In this document: in pieces, positions 20,515 through 30,244 of the stretch
How the letters are laid out: each line of letters begins with the position of its first letter
How positions within the stretch are numbered: position 1 is the stretch's first letter
Assembly (NCBI GenBank): GCA_963793265.1
Contig: CAWBZI010000001.1
Location: 1,376,001 to 1,440,000 of the forward strand
Source of the DNA: an uncultured cyanobacterium
Lineage (GTDB): Bacteria; Cyanobacteriota; Cyanobacteriia; Phormidesmidales; Phormidesmidaceae
DNA length: 64,000 nucleotides
Direction: 5' to 3'
Program-made: the position numbers and the translations under genes
Notes under the pieces: generated by a model
What the model was told of the DNA's origin: nothing
Databases searched by the model: none
The model's input: the letters and a program-made list of their open reading frames with translations, nothing else

Positions 20515-20840
20515 CCGAACTTATAGCGCTATACACAGATGAGGATATGTCAGCATTGGTCGCTAAGCTTCTAAAGTCGCGTGGCTTAGAAGTGACGACT
20601 GTTCCTGAACAAGCCTCACTGGGTAAAAGTGACCTTGAACAGCTAAAGCTAGCATCTTCTATGAACAGATGTCTCATAACCCACAATCGAGTAGACTTTG
20701 AGCGGTTGCATATTCAGTATGTGGATAACAACCAAGAACATGCTGGAATTATTGTCGTTCCACAGAAGAACGCTTATGAAGTAGCTAAAAGAATTGGCAT
20801 CTTGGTTAATGCACTAACAGTTGATGATATTGCGAACTAA
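20511..20840 (+). CDS. DUF5615 PIN-like toxin (possibly 5 aa short)
   Basis: LYTDED, SDLEQL, LITHNRVDF, HAGII. Confidence 0.88.
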   Translation: MTELIALYTDEDMSALVAKLLKSRGLEVTTVPEQASLGKSDLEQLKLASSMNRCLITHNRVDFERLHIQYVDNNQEHAGIIVVPQKNAYEVAKRIGILVNALTVDDIAN

Positions 20841-20868
20841 CTGCTATACGCATGAGCTATGACTGCTT

Positions 20869-21933
20869 TTAAGGTAGAGGCACAAAGCCTGCTTCTTTGA
20901 GGAGTTCGCCGCCTTCTTCGGTTTGGATGAGCTGGGCGTAGGCGGTGCCTGCTTGCTCGGTTAGCTGGCCGTCTTTGCGGACGATGATGTAGAGCGGGCG
21001 GATAAGGGGGTAGGTTTGGCTTTGGAAGGCGTTGAGGTTTAGCTGATTGCGCTGGGTTGGGCAGCTAGTCGGGGCGACGTAGGGATTTTGGTAGGGGGCG
21101 ACGAGCTGGGAGCCTGATGTGCCGATGGGAAGCGGGGCGACGGTGCACTGGCCGACAATTTCGGGGGCGGAGGCGTAGTAGATGGCTCCTGGGTTTTCGC
21201 TGACGAAGCGGATGGCAGCAGTGGTGGTGTTTTGCCTTTGCACGGTGGGGGCGAAGGGCTGGTCGTTTAGGACGACTTCCTGGAAGAATTGGACGGTGCC
21301 GGAGTCGCCTCGGGAGGTGGGGATGATAGGGAGGTTGGGGCCGCCAACTTGGTTCCAGTTGGTGATGCTGCCCGTGTAGATGTCTTTGAGCTGAGTGAGG
21401 GTGAGGCCGGGGATGGGGAGATCGGGATGGGTGGCGATCGCAACTGCTTCCATCGCCACCGGAATCTCTTGCAGGGTCACACCCCGCTGCTGCGCCTGCT
21501 GCTTTTCTTGTGCGCTCAAAGGCCGTGACGACTGCGCAAACGCCAGCTCGCCGTTGATGAGCAGCTCAATCCCTTCACTTGAGCCTGAAGCGTCTTTATA
21601 AACCAGGGAAAAACCGGGCTGCGCCTGCTGAACTTGGGGGTCAAACGTGCTTCTAAGCGGAGCCCATGTTGTGCTGCCGCCATAGAAAAACCGCCCGTTT
21701 GGAATGTTGGATACGTCTGCAAACGTGCCGCCCGAAAAGGAGCTAGCAATATCTACAGGCTGAGGGTTCTCGGCCCCATTGACCGTCGTTTGCATCGTTT
21801 CTGCGGCGTCAGATAAGCCACCCCCCGACAACAGATCACTGCTCTTGAGCCACCATCCACCCGCCCCAACCACGGCAATCGTGATTCCTAAAGCGATGAT
21901 CAAAGCAGGGGTTTCGTTCTTTGACTGGCTCAT
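20869..21933 (-). CDS. PstS-like phosphate-binding periplasmic protein (orphan)
   Basis: YGGSTT, GSSEG, FAQSSRPL, IYTGSITNWNQVGG, SGT, YPLIRPLY. Confidence 0.85.
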   Translation of the reverse strand: MSQSKNETPALIIALGITIAVVGAGGWWLKSSDLLSGGGLSDAAETMQTTVNGAENPQPVDIASSFSGGTFADVSNIPNGRFFYGGSTTWAPLRSTFDPQVQQAQPGFSLVYKDASGSSEGIELLINGELAFAQSSRPLSAQEKQQAQQRGVTLQEIPVAMEAVAIATHPDLPIPGLTLTQLKDIYTGSITNWNQVGGPNLPIIPTSRGDSGTVQFFQEVVLNDQPFAPTVQRQNTTTAAIRFVSENPGAIYYASAPEIVGQCTVAPLPIGTSGSQLVAPYQNPYVAPTSCPTQRNQLNLNAFQSQTYPLIRPLYIIVRKDGQLTEQAGTAYAQLIQTEEGGELLKEAGFVPLP

Positions 21934-22000
21934 GAGACAAAAGCTAAATAAGGGATGGATGTGTAGCCGTAATAGCTAACGCTAGCCATAAGCTACCCAC

Positions 22001-22270
22001 CTAAAACACTTGATTCCATTCATAAACGGAATATTCTGTCCAGATCCCGTTTTGCCAGTAAGGATCGCCCTCTATGAGCTGGCGCACCGCATCTTCACTG
22101 TCAGCCTCATATGTGCCAAACACCTTTGTATTATCGGTAGTTGGGCCGAGAGCCGTGAGAATGCCGCGTTCCTTTTGCTCAGTAAGCCCCTTGAGGTGAG
22201 CTTCGCGGTAGGGCGATCGCTTCTCCAAAGCATCCACACAATAGCTGCCCCACATCACAAACTTAGCCAT
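22001..22270 (-). CDS. YciI family protein
   Basis: REAHL...GPT...DPYWQNGIW. Confidence 0.9.
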   Translation of the reverse strand: MAKFVMWGSYCVDALEKRSPYREAHLKGLTEQKERGILTALGPTTDNTKVFGTYEADSEDAVRQLIEGDPYWQNGIWTEYSVYEWNQVF

Positions 22271-22318
22271 AGTCTCATTCCCTTAATTACGCCCTTAAAT
22301 CAAATCACACTCTTTCAT

Positions 22319-22831
22319 CTAAACGATCTCAAATTCAACCCCATAGGTTTCCAAAAGGTTGCAAGTTGTGTGGTCTACCACATTGGTATCGCTGAGTTCT
22401 AGATTGTAAAAATTCACTGTGTCATCGTCAAAATAGGGACCTGCGTGCCACGTTCCTACCTCTAGCTTGACGAAGCAATCGCCTGGAATCTTGAATACCC
22501 GAATGTCTGTGGGCTGAGGGTTTGGCTGCGCGCTCGGCGGGGCAACACCTAAGAACCACGTTCGTCCGTCTAAAGCACCTAAGCACTGAGTACAGCCGCC
22601 GTGTCGGGTAATGTCATGAAATCGTCGTCCGCGCTGATGGAGCTGCATGATGTAGAAGCGCGGCGTACCGTTTTGCAAGTCGAGCTGAGCATCTTGCAGG
22701 TTAAACGGAACGTCGTCGGGCTGAGGCCGAATGAGTTGTCCAAAGGGTTTGAAGGCTTCGGAATTGATAGGCGTTGCCTCGATGGGCATTGCCTGAACGG
22801 TCGGAGATGAGTTAGCCAAAATAATAGTCAC
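22319..22831 (-). CDS. Ureidoglycolate lyase (AllA-like cupin)
   Basis: FKPFGQLI, ITRH..CTQ, GTWHAGP, NLELSDTN. Confidence 0.8.
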   Translation of the reverse strand: MTIILANSSPTVQAMPIEATPINSEAFKPFGQLIRPQPDDVPFNLQDAQLDLQNGTPRFYIMQLHQRGRRFHDITRHGGCTQCLGALDGRTWFLGVAPPSAQPNPQPTDIRVFKIPGDCFVKLEVGTWHAGPYFDDDTVNFYNLELSDTNVVDHTTCNLLETYGVEFEIV

Positions 22832-22907
22832 AAAATCATAAGGATCATAGGAAATCCTATAGGCTAGGGGGCTGTATCATTCTATAGAAAGTAGCTAGCG
22901 ATATTAC

Positions 22908-24050
22908 ATGGACGACAAACTAATGCTGATGATTCCGGGGCCGACCCCGGTGCCTGAGAAAGTTTTGCTGGCGATGGCGAAGCACCCGATTGGGCATCGC
23001 AGCGGCGAATTTAGTCAGATTATCGCTGAGACAAATGAAAATCTGAAGTGGCTTTTTCAGACCAAGAATCCCGTGATGGCGCTGTGTGCGAGCGGGACTG
23101 GCACCATTGAAGCGGCGATTATTAACTTTTTGAGTGCGGGCGATCGCGTCATCGTCGGCAGTAACGGCAAGTTTGGCGACAGATGGGCACAAATTGCCAA
23201 AGCCTACGGCCTAGACGTGCAGGTCGTTAAGGCCGAATGGGGCGAGCCGCTGAACCCCGATGATATTGCCGCTGAACTCAAGACTGATAAGAGTATCAAG
23301 GCCGTTATCATCACGCACAGCGAAACGTCTACTGGCGTACTGAACGATTTAGAGGCGATCAACAAGGCTGTAAAAGACAATAGCGATGCATTAATTATCG
23401 TTGACGCGGTTACTAGCCTGGGTTCTTACAACATTCCGGTGGATGAGTGGGGCATTGATGTGATTGGCTCTGGCTCGCAGAAGGGCTTTATGCTGCCACC
23501 AGGCTTGGGCTTTGTTACGGCTAGCGATAAGGCATGGGCAGCTTACGAGAAAGCAACGCTGCCTAAGTTCTATTTAGACCTGGGTAAGTATCGCAAAGCT
23601 GCTGATAAAGACAGCACGCCTTTCACCCCGCCTGTGAATCTCTACTTCGGCATGAAAGTGGCCTTGGAGATGATGAAAGCGGAAGGTTTAGAGAGTATTT
23701 TTGCTCGCCACACGCGGCACAAAGAAGCGGCGCGCGCGGCAATGAAGGCGTTGGGTCTACCTTTGTTTGCTCCTGATAGCAATGCGAGTCCGGCGGTAAC
23801 TTCTGTTGTTCCTGATGGCGTCGATGCTGAGAAGATTCGCTCGGTGATGAAGAATCGCTTTGATATTGCCCTTGCAGGCGGTCAGGATCATATGAAGGGC
23901 AAGATGTTTCGGATGGGGCATTTGGGCTTTGTGAGCGATCGCGATGTTTTATGCGCCATTAGCGCCCTCGAAGCAACTTTGGTAGAGCTAGGCCACAAAG
24001 CGCCAGGTAGCGGCGTGGGTGCAGCGAGCGAAAGACTGCAAAAAGGATAG
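22908..24050 (+). CDS. Class V aminotransferase (alanine/serine-glyoxylate; DhsS-like)
   Basis: MIPGPTPVP, HSETSTG, DAVTS, GSQKG (PLP Lys), FRMGHLG. Confidence 0.93.
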   Translation: MDDKLMLMIPGPTPVPEKVLLAMAKHPIGHRSGEFSQIIAETNENLKWLFQTKNPVMALCASGTGTIEAAIINFLSAGDRVIVGSNGKFGDRWAQIAKAYGLDVQVVKAEWGEPLNPDDIAAELKTDKSIKAVIITHSETSTGVLNDLEAINKAVKDNSDALIIVDAVTSLGSYNIPVDEWGIDVIGSGSQKGFMLPPGLGFVTASDKAWAAYEKATLPKFYLDLGKYRKAADKDSTPFTPPVNLYFGMKVALEMMKAEGLESIFARHTRHKEAARAAMKALGLPLFAPDSNASPAVTSVVPDGVDAEKIRSVMKNRFDIALAGGQDHMKGKMFRMGHLGFVSDRDVLCAISALEATLVELGHKAPGSGVGAASERLQKG

Positions 24051-24096
24051 ATATTGTCTTGATTAAAAGACTACTGAAAAATTAGATTCAACAACA

Positions 24097-24139
24097 AGAG
24101 TCTCGAAGGATTTAAAACCTTTCGAGACTCTCTTCTTTT
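24097..24139. terminator. Hairpin terminator between convergent genes
   Basis: AGAGTCTCGAA...TTCGAGACTCT followed by CTTCTTTT. Confidence 0.7.
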
Positions 24140-24169
24140 AGAGGCGCATACGGATTAGCAGAATGTTGT

Positions 24170-25333
24170 TTATATGCAATGCCCTGATCGTATTGCCTCT
24201 GTCACAATCGCCACTGTCTGGTCAATTTCAGCTTCAGTAGTTTCTCTTCCAAGCCCGAACCGTAAGGTTGCTCTAGCTAACTCATCACTGCGACCGAGTG
24301 CTTTAATCACATGAGAGGGTGCGGGACTCGCTGAGCTACAGGCTGAACCAGAAGAGAGCGCAATGTGCGGCTGTAGTTGCGAGAGTAGCGTAGCGCCTTT
24401 AATACCTGAGATGCTGACATTAAGGTTGTTGGCAAGGCGCTGTGTAGGATGTCCGTTGAGATAGATATCGGTGAGATTGGTAGAAAGGTGTGTCCAGAGG
24501 CGATCGCGCAACCCCTTCAACCGCTTCATCTCCTCATCCCGCTCAGCCATCGCCAGCCTCAGCGCCTCGCCAAATCCCACAATCTGCGGCGGATAAAGCG
24601 TACCAGAACGCAATCCTCTCTCCTGATCGCCACCATGTAGCTGCGGCGCAAGCTGTACCCGAGGATTTCGCCTGCGCACATACAGCGCGCCAATGCCTTT
24701 AGGGCCGTAGAGCTTATGGGCCGTCATTGAAAGCAGGTCTATATTCATCGCCTGCACGTCAAGGGGGATTTTGCCGAGGGCTTGGGCGGCATCGGTATGG
24801 AAAAGGATATTGCGATCGCAACACATCTCCCCAATCTCTTTAACCGGCTGCAACACCCCAATCTCATTATTCGCCGCCATCACCGACACTAAAATTGTCT
24901 CAGGCCGAAACGCCTGCTCCAAAGTCTCTAATTGAAGGAGCCCTTGAGAATCTACCGGCAAATAAGTCACGCTAAAACCCAAACGCTCCAGGTATCGGCA
25001 GGGCTCAAGCACCGCGCTATGCTCTGTTTGCACAGTAATAATATGTTTGCCATCGCTCATATAAGATTCGGCAACGCCTTTAATCGCCAGATTGTTAGCT
25101 TCTGTTGCACCGCTTGTAAAAACAATCTCTACAGGCTCCGCATTAATCGCCTTAGCGATAATATCTCTCGCCTTATCAATGCCTGCCTCAGCCTCCCAAC
25201 CATACGAGTGATTCAGGCTGCTAGGATTACCAAAATACTCTGTAAAAAACGGCAGCATCGTCTCCAGCACACGCGGATCAACCGGCGTGGTTGCGTTACT
25301 GTCTAAATAAATAGGACGACTGGCTTTGTTCAT
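24170..25333 (-). CDS. iscS: Cysteine desulfurase, IscS/NifS type
   Basis: YLDSNATTP, HTDAAQ, AHKLYGPKG, SSGSACSS. Confidence 0.93.
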   Translation of the reverse strand: MNKASRPIYLDSNATTPVDPRVLETMLPFFTEYFGNPSSLNHSYGWEAEAGIDKARDIIAKAINAEPVEIVFTSGATEANNLAIKGVAESYMSDGKHIITVQTEHSAVLEPCRYLERLGFSVTYLPVDSQGLLQLETLEQAFRPETILVSVMAANNEIGVLQPVKEIGEMCCDRNILFHTDAAQALGKIPLDVQAMNIDLLSMTAHKLYGPKGIGALYVRRRNPRVQLAPQLHGGDQERGLRSGTLYPPQIVGFGEALRLAMAERDEEMKRLKGLRDRLWTHLSTNLTDIYLNGHPTQRLANNLNVSISGIKGATLLSQLQPHIALSSGSACSSASPAPSHVIKALGRSDELARATLRFGLGRETTEAEIDQTVAIVTEAIRSGHCI

Positions 25334-25725
25334 ATCGACTCTATTTCTTCATTTTGTTCCCTCAGCACGAACCGATCAAAGAAACCAATGGCTTCGTAAT
25401 TTCCAAAAGGCGTTTCGGTAACATATGTGCTAAATAGCAGGCGATTTTTTCGCTCTGTATTCGTAACAATTAGATCTTGTACTTCTTCAGCAGTAAGGCT
25501 CTCGCTACCTGCAACGACGCCTTGACAAGCTTTACTAATTGCCTCACCTACTCGCCCGAGCCATTCAGCAAACCCTTCGGGCTGACACACCGAAGCTTCC
25601 ACTTCATCAGCGACCGTTGTTGAAAGGTACTGCGCGTAGTCTTCTTCAGTAGGGTTCGTAATAAATAATGCGCCGCCCAAGGCTACCAGCGAAAACAGCG
25701 CTATAGAAGGAACAACTTTTTTCAT
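25330..25725 (-). CDS. DUF4359-like protein
   Basis: TM then TNP..DYAQY, two Cys, TERKNRLLFSTY; 4-nt overlap with iscS. Confidence 0.7.
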   Translation of the reverse strand: MKKVVPSIALFSLVALGGALFITNPTEEDYAQYLSTTVADEVEASVCQPEGFAEWLGRVGEAISKACQGVVAGSESLTAEEVQDLIVTNTERKNRLLFSTYVTETPFGNYEAIGFFDRFVLREQNEEIESI

Positions 25726-25794
25726 GATCGATTAACCTAAAAGAGAAGACAGTGTGAGACTGTATGAGATCTGTGACTATCCTAACGTAACGCT

Positions 25795-26370
25795 ATGAAC
25801 ACACCTGCTCATGCCATTTTCAATCTGGCACTGCTGGGTCGCAAAAAGCAGCCGCAGTGGAATCCGCTCATTATCTGGGGTGCGCTCATTCCCGATTTGG
25901 CGATGTTCGCGTTTTACCTATGGCTCAGGCTCGCTACAGACATTCCAGAAAACCAGATTTGGCGAGTAGAGTACTATCGGCCCTTCTGGCAAACGCTGTT
26001 TGACTGGTTCAACTCTATTCCGCTGGCGCTGCTGGGAATGGGCGTCATGTTTTATGCCAGGCGTACCGGGATTGCGCTACTGTTTGCCAGCATTTTGCTA
26101 CATTGCTTGCAGGATCTACCGCTCCACAATGACGACGCGCATCGGCACTTTTTACCCCTGAGTAACTATCGCTTCGAGAGCCCGCTTTCTTATTGGGATC
26201 CCGACCACTATGGTCAAATTATGGGGCTGATAGAGCTAGTGCTGATGGTGGTTGCAAGCATCTATGTTTTTAGGCGGGTGCGATCGCGCTGGACTAAAGG
26301 TCTTTTAATCTCAGTTAACGTACCAGCGTTGCTCCTGCTCGCATATCTAGCGTTCACTGCCGTCACATAA
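25795..26370 (+). CDS. Membrane protein, metal-dependent hydrolase-like
   Basis: MNTPAH, GALIPD, LHCLQDLPLHNDDAHRHF, SYWDP. Confidence 0.75.
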   Translation: MNTPAHAIFNLALLGRKKQPQWNPLIIWGALIPDLAMFAFYLWLRLATDIPENQIWRVEYYRPFWQTLFDWFNSIPLALLGMGVMFYARRTGIALLFASILLHCLQDLPLHNDDAHRHFLPLSNYRFESPLSYWDPDHYGQIMGLIELVLMVVASIYVFRRVRSRWTKGLLISVNVPALLLLAYLAFTAVT

Positions 26371-27200
26371 ATCGCCTGCGGGCTTGTCATTTCACGCAGT
26401 TCAATTCGCTTCACGCTGGGCAACTGCCACCAGGGAACGTGCGGAAACGCATGGTGCTCACGATGATAGCCAAAGTGATAGCAGGTGATTAGGGAAACTA
26501 GCCAGGGCCAATAGTTGCTATTAGTCCGCAAGGATGACTGGTAGGTGTCGTGCTGCTTGCGGTGCACCAAGTAAGTGCCAAAGTAAAAGAGCTGCATAGA
26601 ACTGAGCAGCGATGGAATGGCCCAAAAAGCGAGCAAGTTTGCTTCAGGCACACCCATCACGCGATATAGGCCGTTGTAAATGACCGCAATGCCTAGCGAC
26701 TGGCGCAGCGTCCAATAGCTGCGCATAAAACGGAAGTACCACAGCACCGGATGGGTGTGCTTGCCGTTATGAAAGTCGGGGTCGTGATGGCTAGCGGGAA
26801 AGCGGTGATGCTCGGTGTGGGCCTCGTGGAGTTTGTCGTAAGGAATCAGGCCGTAGAGGAAAAGAGCTAGTTCACCTAATGCTCGGTTGAGCTTAGGACG
26901 ATTAGGGGCAATCGTTTCGTGCATGGCATCGTGGCCAGTGACAAAAAGACCCGTGTATAAAAAGGTGAACCATGGGATGAGGAGCCCGCAGCCAACCGGG
27001 CCAATTTCGCTAGCGCCAGTGGTAAATGCAGTTGAGAAGCTAACGGCCCAGACAAGCAAAATAGACAGCGCTACAATCACGCCGCCATTGGATTGACCAT
27101 CGGCGGGAAGGGGTAGTTGAATCTGTGTTTTGAGATAGGCCTTTAGTTTGTGAAAGTTGGGTTTATGGGTTGATAAGTAGGAAAAAGGCGCTCTGATCAA
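26262..27200 (-). CDS. crtW: Beta-carotene ketolase
   Basis: His boxes HDAMH, HTEHH, HREHH; DPDFH; QLFYFGTYLVH; CYHFGYH..PWWQLP. Confidence 0.9.
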   Translation of the reverse strand: MIRAPFSYLSTHKPNFHKLKAYLKTQIQLPLPADGQSNGGVIVALSILLVWAVSFSTAFTTGASEIGPVGCGLLIPWFTFLYTGLFVTGHDAMHETIAPNRPKLNRALGELALFLYGLIPYDKLHEAHTEHHRFPASHHDPDFHNGKHTHPVLWYFRFMRSYWTLRQSLGIAVIYNGLYRVMGVPEANLLAFWAIPSLLSSMQLFYFGTYLVHRKQHDTYQSSLRTNSNYWPWLVSLITCYHFGYHREHHAFPHVPWWQLPSVKRIELREMTSPQAIYVTAVNARYASRSNAGTLTEIKRPLVQRDRTRLKT

Positions 27201-27339
27201 AACAGGTGGCTCAGGATATTAGCGAGGGTGTATTGGCGAGGGCGGGAAAAACCCACACACTATGAAATCACAAATCATAAAAATCTTGATGTGTTCTCAT
27301 CCCGTCTAGTCGCCTGGTTTATAGCGGCGGCTACAAACC

Positions 27340-29976
27340 TCACGATAAATTCAAAGGATCGACATCAATACTCAAGCTGGTGCCTTTTGGAATCTGCTTT
27401 TGCAGACCCGTAAGCACTGGTAACTGTGTTTGTAAGGGTAGCTTGATGAGGATGTGCCATCGGTAGCGGCGGGCCACTCGATAAATTGGCGCAGGTACAG
27501 GCCCGAGAATGTCGTAGGTGGTTTCTTCCAATTGATTTTCAAGGTGATCGCCCTCCTGACTCACCACTAGGTGATCGCGCACCTGCTGCGCCGTTTCTTC
27601 AGTCACCCGTTCATCGAGCCCGCTAATGCGCAAAAGCACCAGCCGCCCGTATGGCGGATAGGAAAGGGCTGCGCGATCGCCCATTTCCGTCTTCAAAAAA
27701 TCAGCATACGCCACCTGCGAATTCACAGGCACCTCTGGCAATGGATCCACATCCTTAGCCTTTTGCACAAGCGCCTGAATCGCTACATGCTCTGGGCTAT
27801 AGGTTTGCACAATCACCCGCCCCGGCTGCTCACCCCGTCCGGCTCGCCCTGCAACCTGCGTCATCGTCTGAAACGCTCGTTCACTCGCCCTAAAATCAGG
27901 CATAAACAGCAGCCCATCAGCCGCAATTACCCCCACCAACGTCACCTGCGGCAAATCAATCCCCTTCGTCAGCATTTGGGTGCCCACCAGTAAATCAGCC
28001 TCTCCTTGCGCAAAGCGAGTCAGCAGTGCCCGGTGTGCGCCCTTATTGCGTGTGGTGTCACTGTCGAATCGAATGCAGCGAGCCTGGGGCAAGTACTTTG
28101 CCAGGTCGTTGACCACGCGCTGGGTGCCGCTGCCGAAGTTTTTAAGGTAGGGCGAGGCGCACTCAGGACATTCTTTCGGATGGCGCTGGCCGTAGCCGCA
28201 ATAGTGACATTGCAGCCGGGCGGTGGCGTTTGGATGCGGCTGATGAAAAGACAGCGACACGTCACAGTGCGGGCACTCCATCACATAGCCACAGCTCCGA
28301 CAGGACACAAAGCTGCTGTGCCCCCGCCGATGAATAAATAAAATGCCCTGGTTGCCGGTTGCGATAAGTTCTTCGAGCGCTTTTTGTAAAGAGCGGCTAA
28401 AGACGGTGCGATTGCCTTCGTGCAGCTCAGTTCGCATATCGACGACTTCAATCGGCGGCAACGGGCGGGCGTGAACCCGCTGCGGGAGGGAAAGGTAGTG
28501 GCGATCGCACGCTAAATCTGCCTGCGGATTATCCGGCGTCCGCTCAGGCGTGATCGCTACATCGCCTTTAAACCTCACCCACGTCTCAATCGAAGGCGTA
28601 GCCGACCCTAATATCAGCGGACACGCTTCCAATTCAGCGCGCCACCGCGCCACCTGCCGGGCGTGATAGCAGGGCATCGGCTGATCTTGCTTAAAGCTGC
28701 TGTCGTGCTCTTCATCTAAAATAATCATGCCGAGGTTGGGCAGGGGCGCAAATACCGCCGAGCGAGTACCGATAATGACCTGCGGGCTGCCGGTGAGCAT
28801 TTGCCGCCAGGTGTCGTAGCGCTCGCCTTCTGAAAGGCCGCTGTGGTAGACACAAACCTTGTCACCAAAGCGACTGCGAAAGCGATCGGTGAGCTGCGGG
28901 GTCAGACCGATTTCGGGCACGAGGACTAGGGCAGACTTTTGGGCTTGAAGGATAGGGGCGATCGCCTGCAAATACACCTCGGTTTTACCCGAACCCGTGA
29001 CGCCGTGCAGCAGCCCCTCGCTATAGCCTTTCATTTGCTGAAGCACAGCTAGCGCCCGAGCCTGATCGTCAGTCAACGCTTTAGGCCGATCGGGCAGCGC
29101 CGAAGAATGACTGCTAGCGCGTAAGATTTCGCGCGGCTCAATCACTAAGTAGCCTTTATTAGCAATGCTTTTTAGCGTCTTACTGGTGGTGTGTAAAAGC
29201 TGAAGCGCATCGCTGAGCCACAGTTCGCCGCCCTGCTGAGCTAAGGCTGCTAGTAATTCGTGCTGGCGATGTGTGAGATTAGGATCGTCATCAGGCGGCT
29301 GCGCGATGAGTGAAACGGCCTGGCGCTTTTGTGCTTTGGGCGATCGCGGTGGTGATAGATAATTTTCAGCTAGGCCCCGGTTAACTAGCTCGCCGAGAGC
29401 TTTGCTAATTTCAGTCAGTTTGTACTGCGGCTTGAGCTGACGCCGAATGTGCTGCCAGCTATAGTCCTGTTCGGGTGAGTTTTTGAGAACTGTTGTTAGA
29501 TCTAGGGCTGAGGGAGAAAGGCTTTGATTTATATTTTGATCGATAGTTTGATGGGTAGACGGTGCGTCGTTTGACTTTTGTTGTATCTGCGAATTAGGAG
29601 AAAGTAATCTTACTCTTCTTTGCGATCGCGACAACAATCCCGGCGGCAGGGCCGTACGTAATACTCGAATAAGCGGCGTTTGATAGTAGCGAGCAACACG
29701 GTTTAAAAGTCGCCAGTAGTGTTTACTGAAAAAGCTTGTGTTGATCAAACTTTCTATTGTTTTGATAGAGGAGGGGACAACCCCCTCAGGGGGATGGGAT
29801 AGGGGTTTGATAGCGATCGCACCCACCCGCTGCGCCCCAAATGAGACGCTGACAATATCTCCTGGATGCACCTCGAAATGCTCTGGCACGCGGTAGGTGT
29901 ACAGATCTGTAGCGCCCGGACAGTCTACCAAAACTTCGATTAACGCATCGCGCGGGCGAGGTGAGACGAAACACAT
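27340..29976 (-). CDS. priA: Primosomal protein N'
   Basis: GVTGSGKT, DEEH, CxxC clusters, GTQMLTKG, IDVDP; start uncertain (ORF open to 30012). Confidence 0.96.
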   Translation of the reverse strand: MCFVSPRPRDALIEVLVDCPGATDLYTYRVPEHFEVHPGDIVSVSFGAQRVGAIAIKPLSHPPEGVVPSSIKTIESLINTSFFSKHYWRLLNRVARYYQTPLIRVLRTALPPGLLSRSQRRVRLLSPNSQIQQKSNDAPSTHQTIDQNINQSLSPSALDLTTVLKNSPEQDYSWQHIRRQLKPQYKLTEISKALGELVNRGLAENYLSPPRSPKAQKRQAVSLIAQPPDDDPNLTHRQHELLAALAQQGGELWLSDALQLLHTTSKTLKSIANKGYLVIEPREILRASSHSSALPDRPKALTDDQARALAVLQQMKGYSEGLLHGVTGSGKTEVYLQAIAPILQAQKSALVLVPEIGLTPQLTDRFRSRFGDKVCVYHSGLSEGERYDTWRQMLTGSPQVIIGTRSAVFAPLPNLGMIILDEEHDSSFKQDQPMPCYHARQVARWRAELEACPLILGSATPSIETWVRFKGDVAITPERTPDNPQADLACDRHYLSLPQRVHARPLPPIEVVDMRTELHEGNRTVFSRSLQKALEELIATGNQGILFIHRRGHSSFVSCRSCGYVMECPHCDVSLSFHQPHPNATARLQCHYCGYGQRHPKECPECASPYLKNFGSGTQRVVNDLAKYLPQARCIRFDSDTTRNKGAHRALLTRFAQGEADLLVGTQMLTKGIDLPQVTLVGVIAADGLLFMPDFRASERAFQTMTQVAGRAGRGEQPGRVIVQTYSPEHVAIQALVQKAKDVDPLPEVPVNSQVAYADFLKTEMGDRAALSYPPYGRLVLLRISGLDERVTEETAQQVRDHLVVSQEGDHLENQLEETTYDILGPVPAPIYRVARRYRWHILIKLPLQTQLPVLTGLQKQIPKGTSLSIDVDPLNLS

Positions 29977-30244
29977 GAGAAAAAAGCTAGTGAAGAAAAC
30001 GAAACGTAACAATAAGAGTGAGAATGCTACAGAGATGCTGGCTTAAGTGCATTACAGAGTTTTAGAAAGGAAACGTAAGTTATCAGCCCGAACAGTTTCT
30101 TCATGAAGTGTTGTTATAGTAAGGTCGTAGTTTGGAAAAACACACTCTAGTTCCTTAGGCGTCATTCCAGAGCTTAGTAAGATTGAGCTTCGTAAGATTC
30201 CGATACCAGAATCCGATAGTCATGATGTGAACCTGATTCTAAAT

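Noticed and set aside
30192..30206. Possible NtcA box upstream of sigE (GTA...TAC)
   Set aside because: Spacer is 9 nt, not the canonical 8
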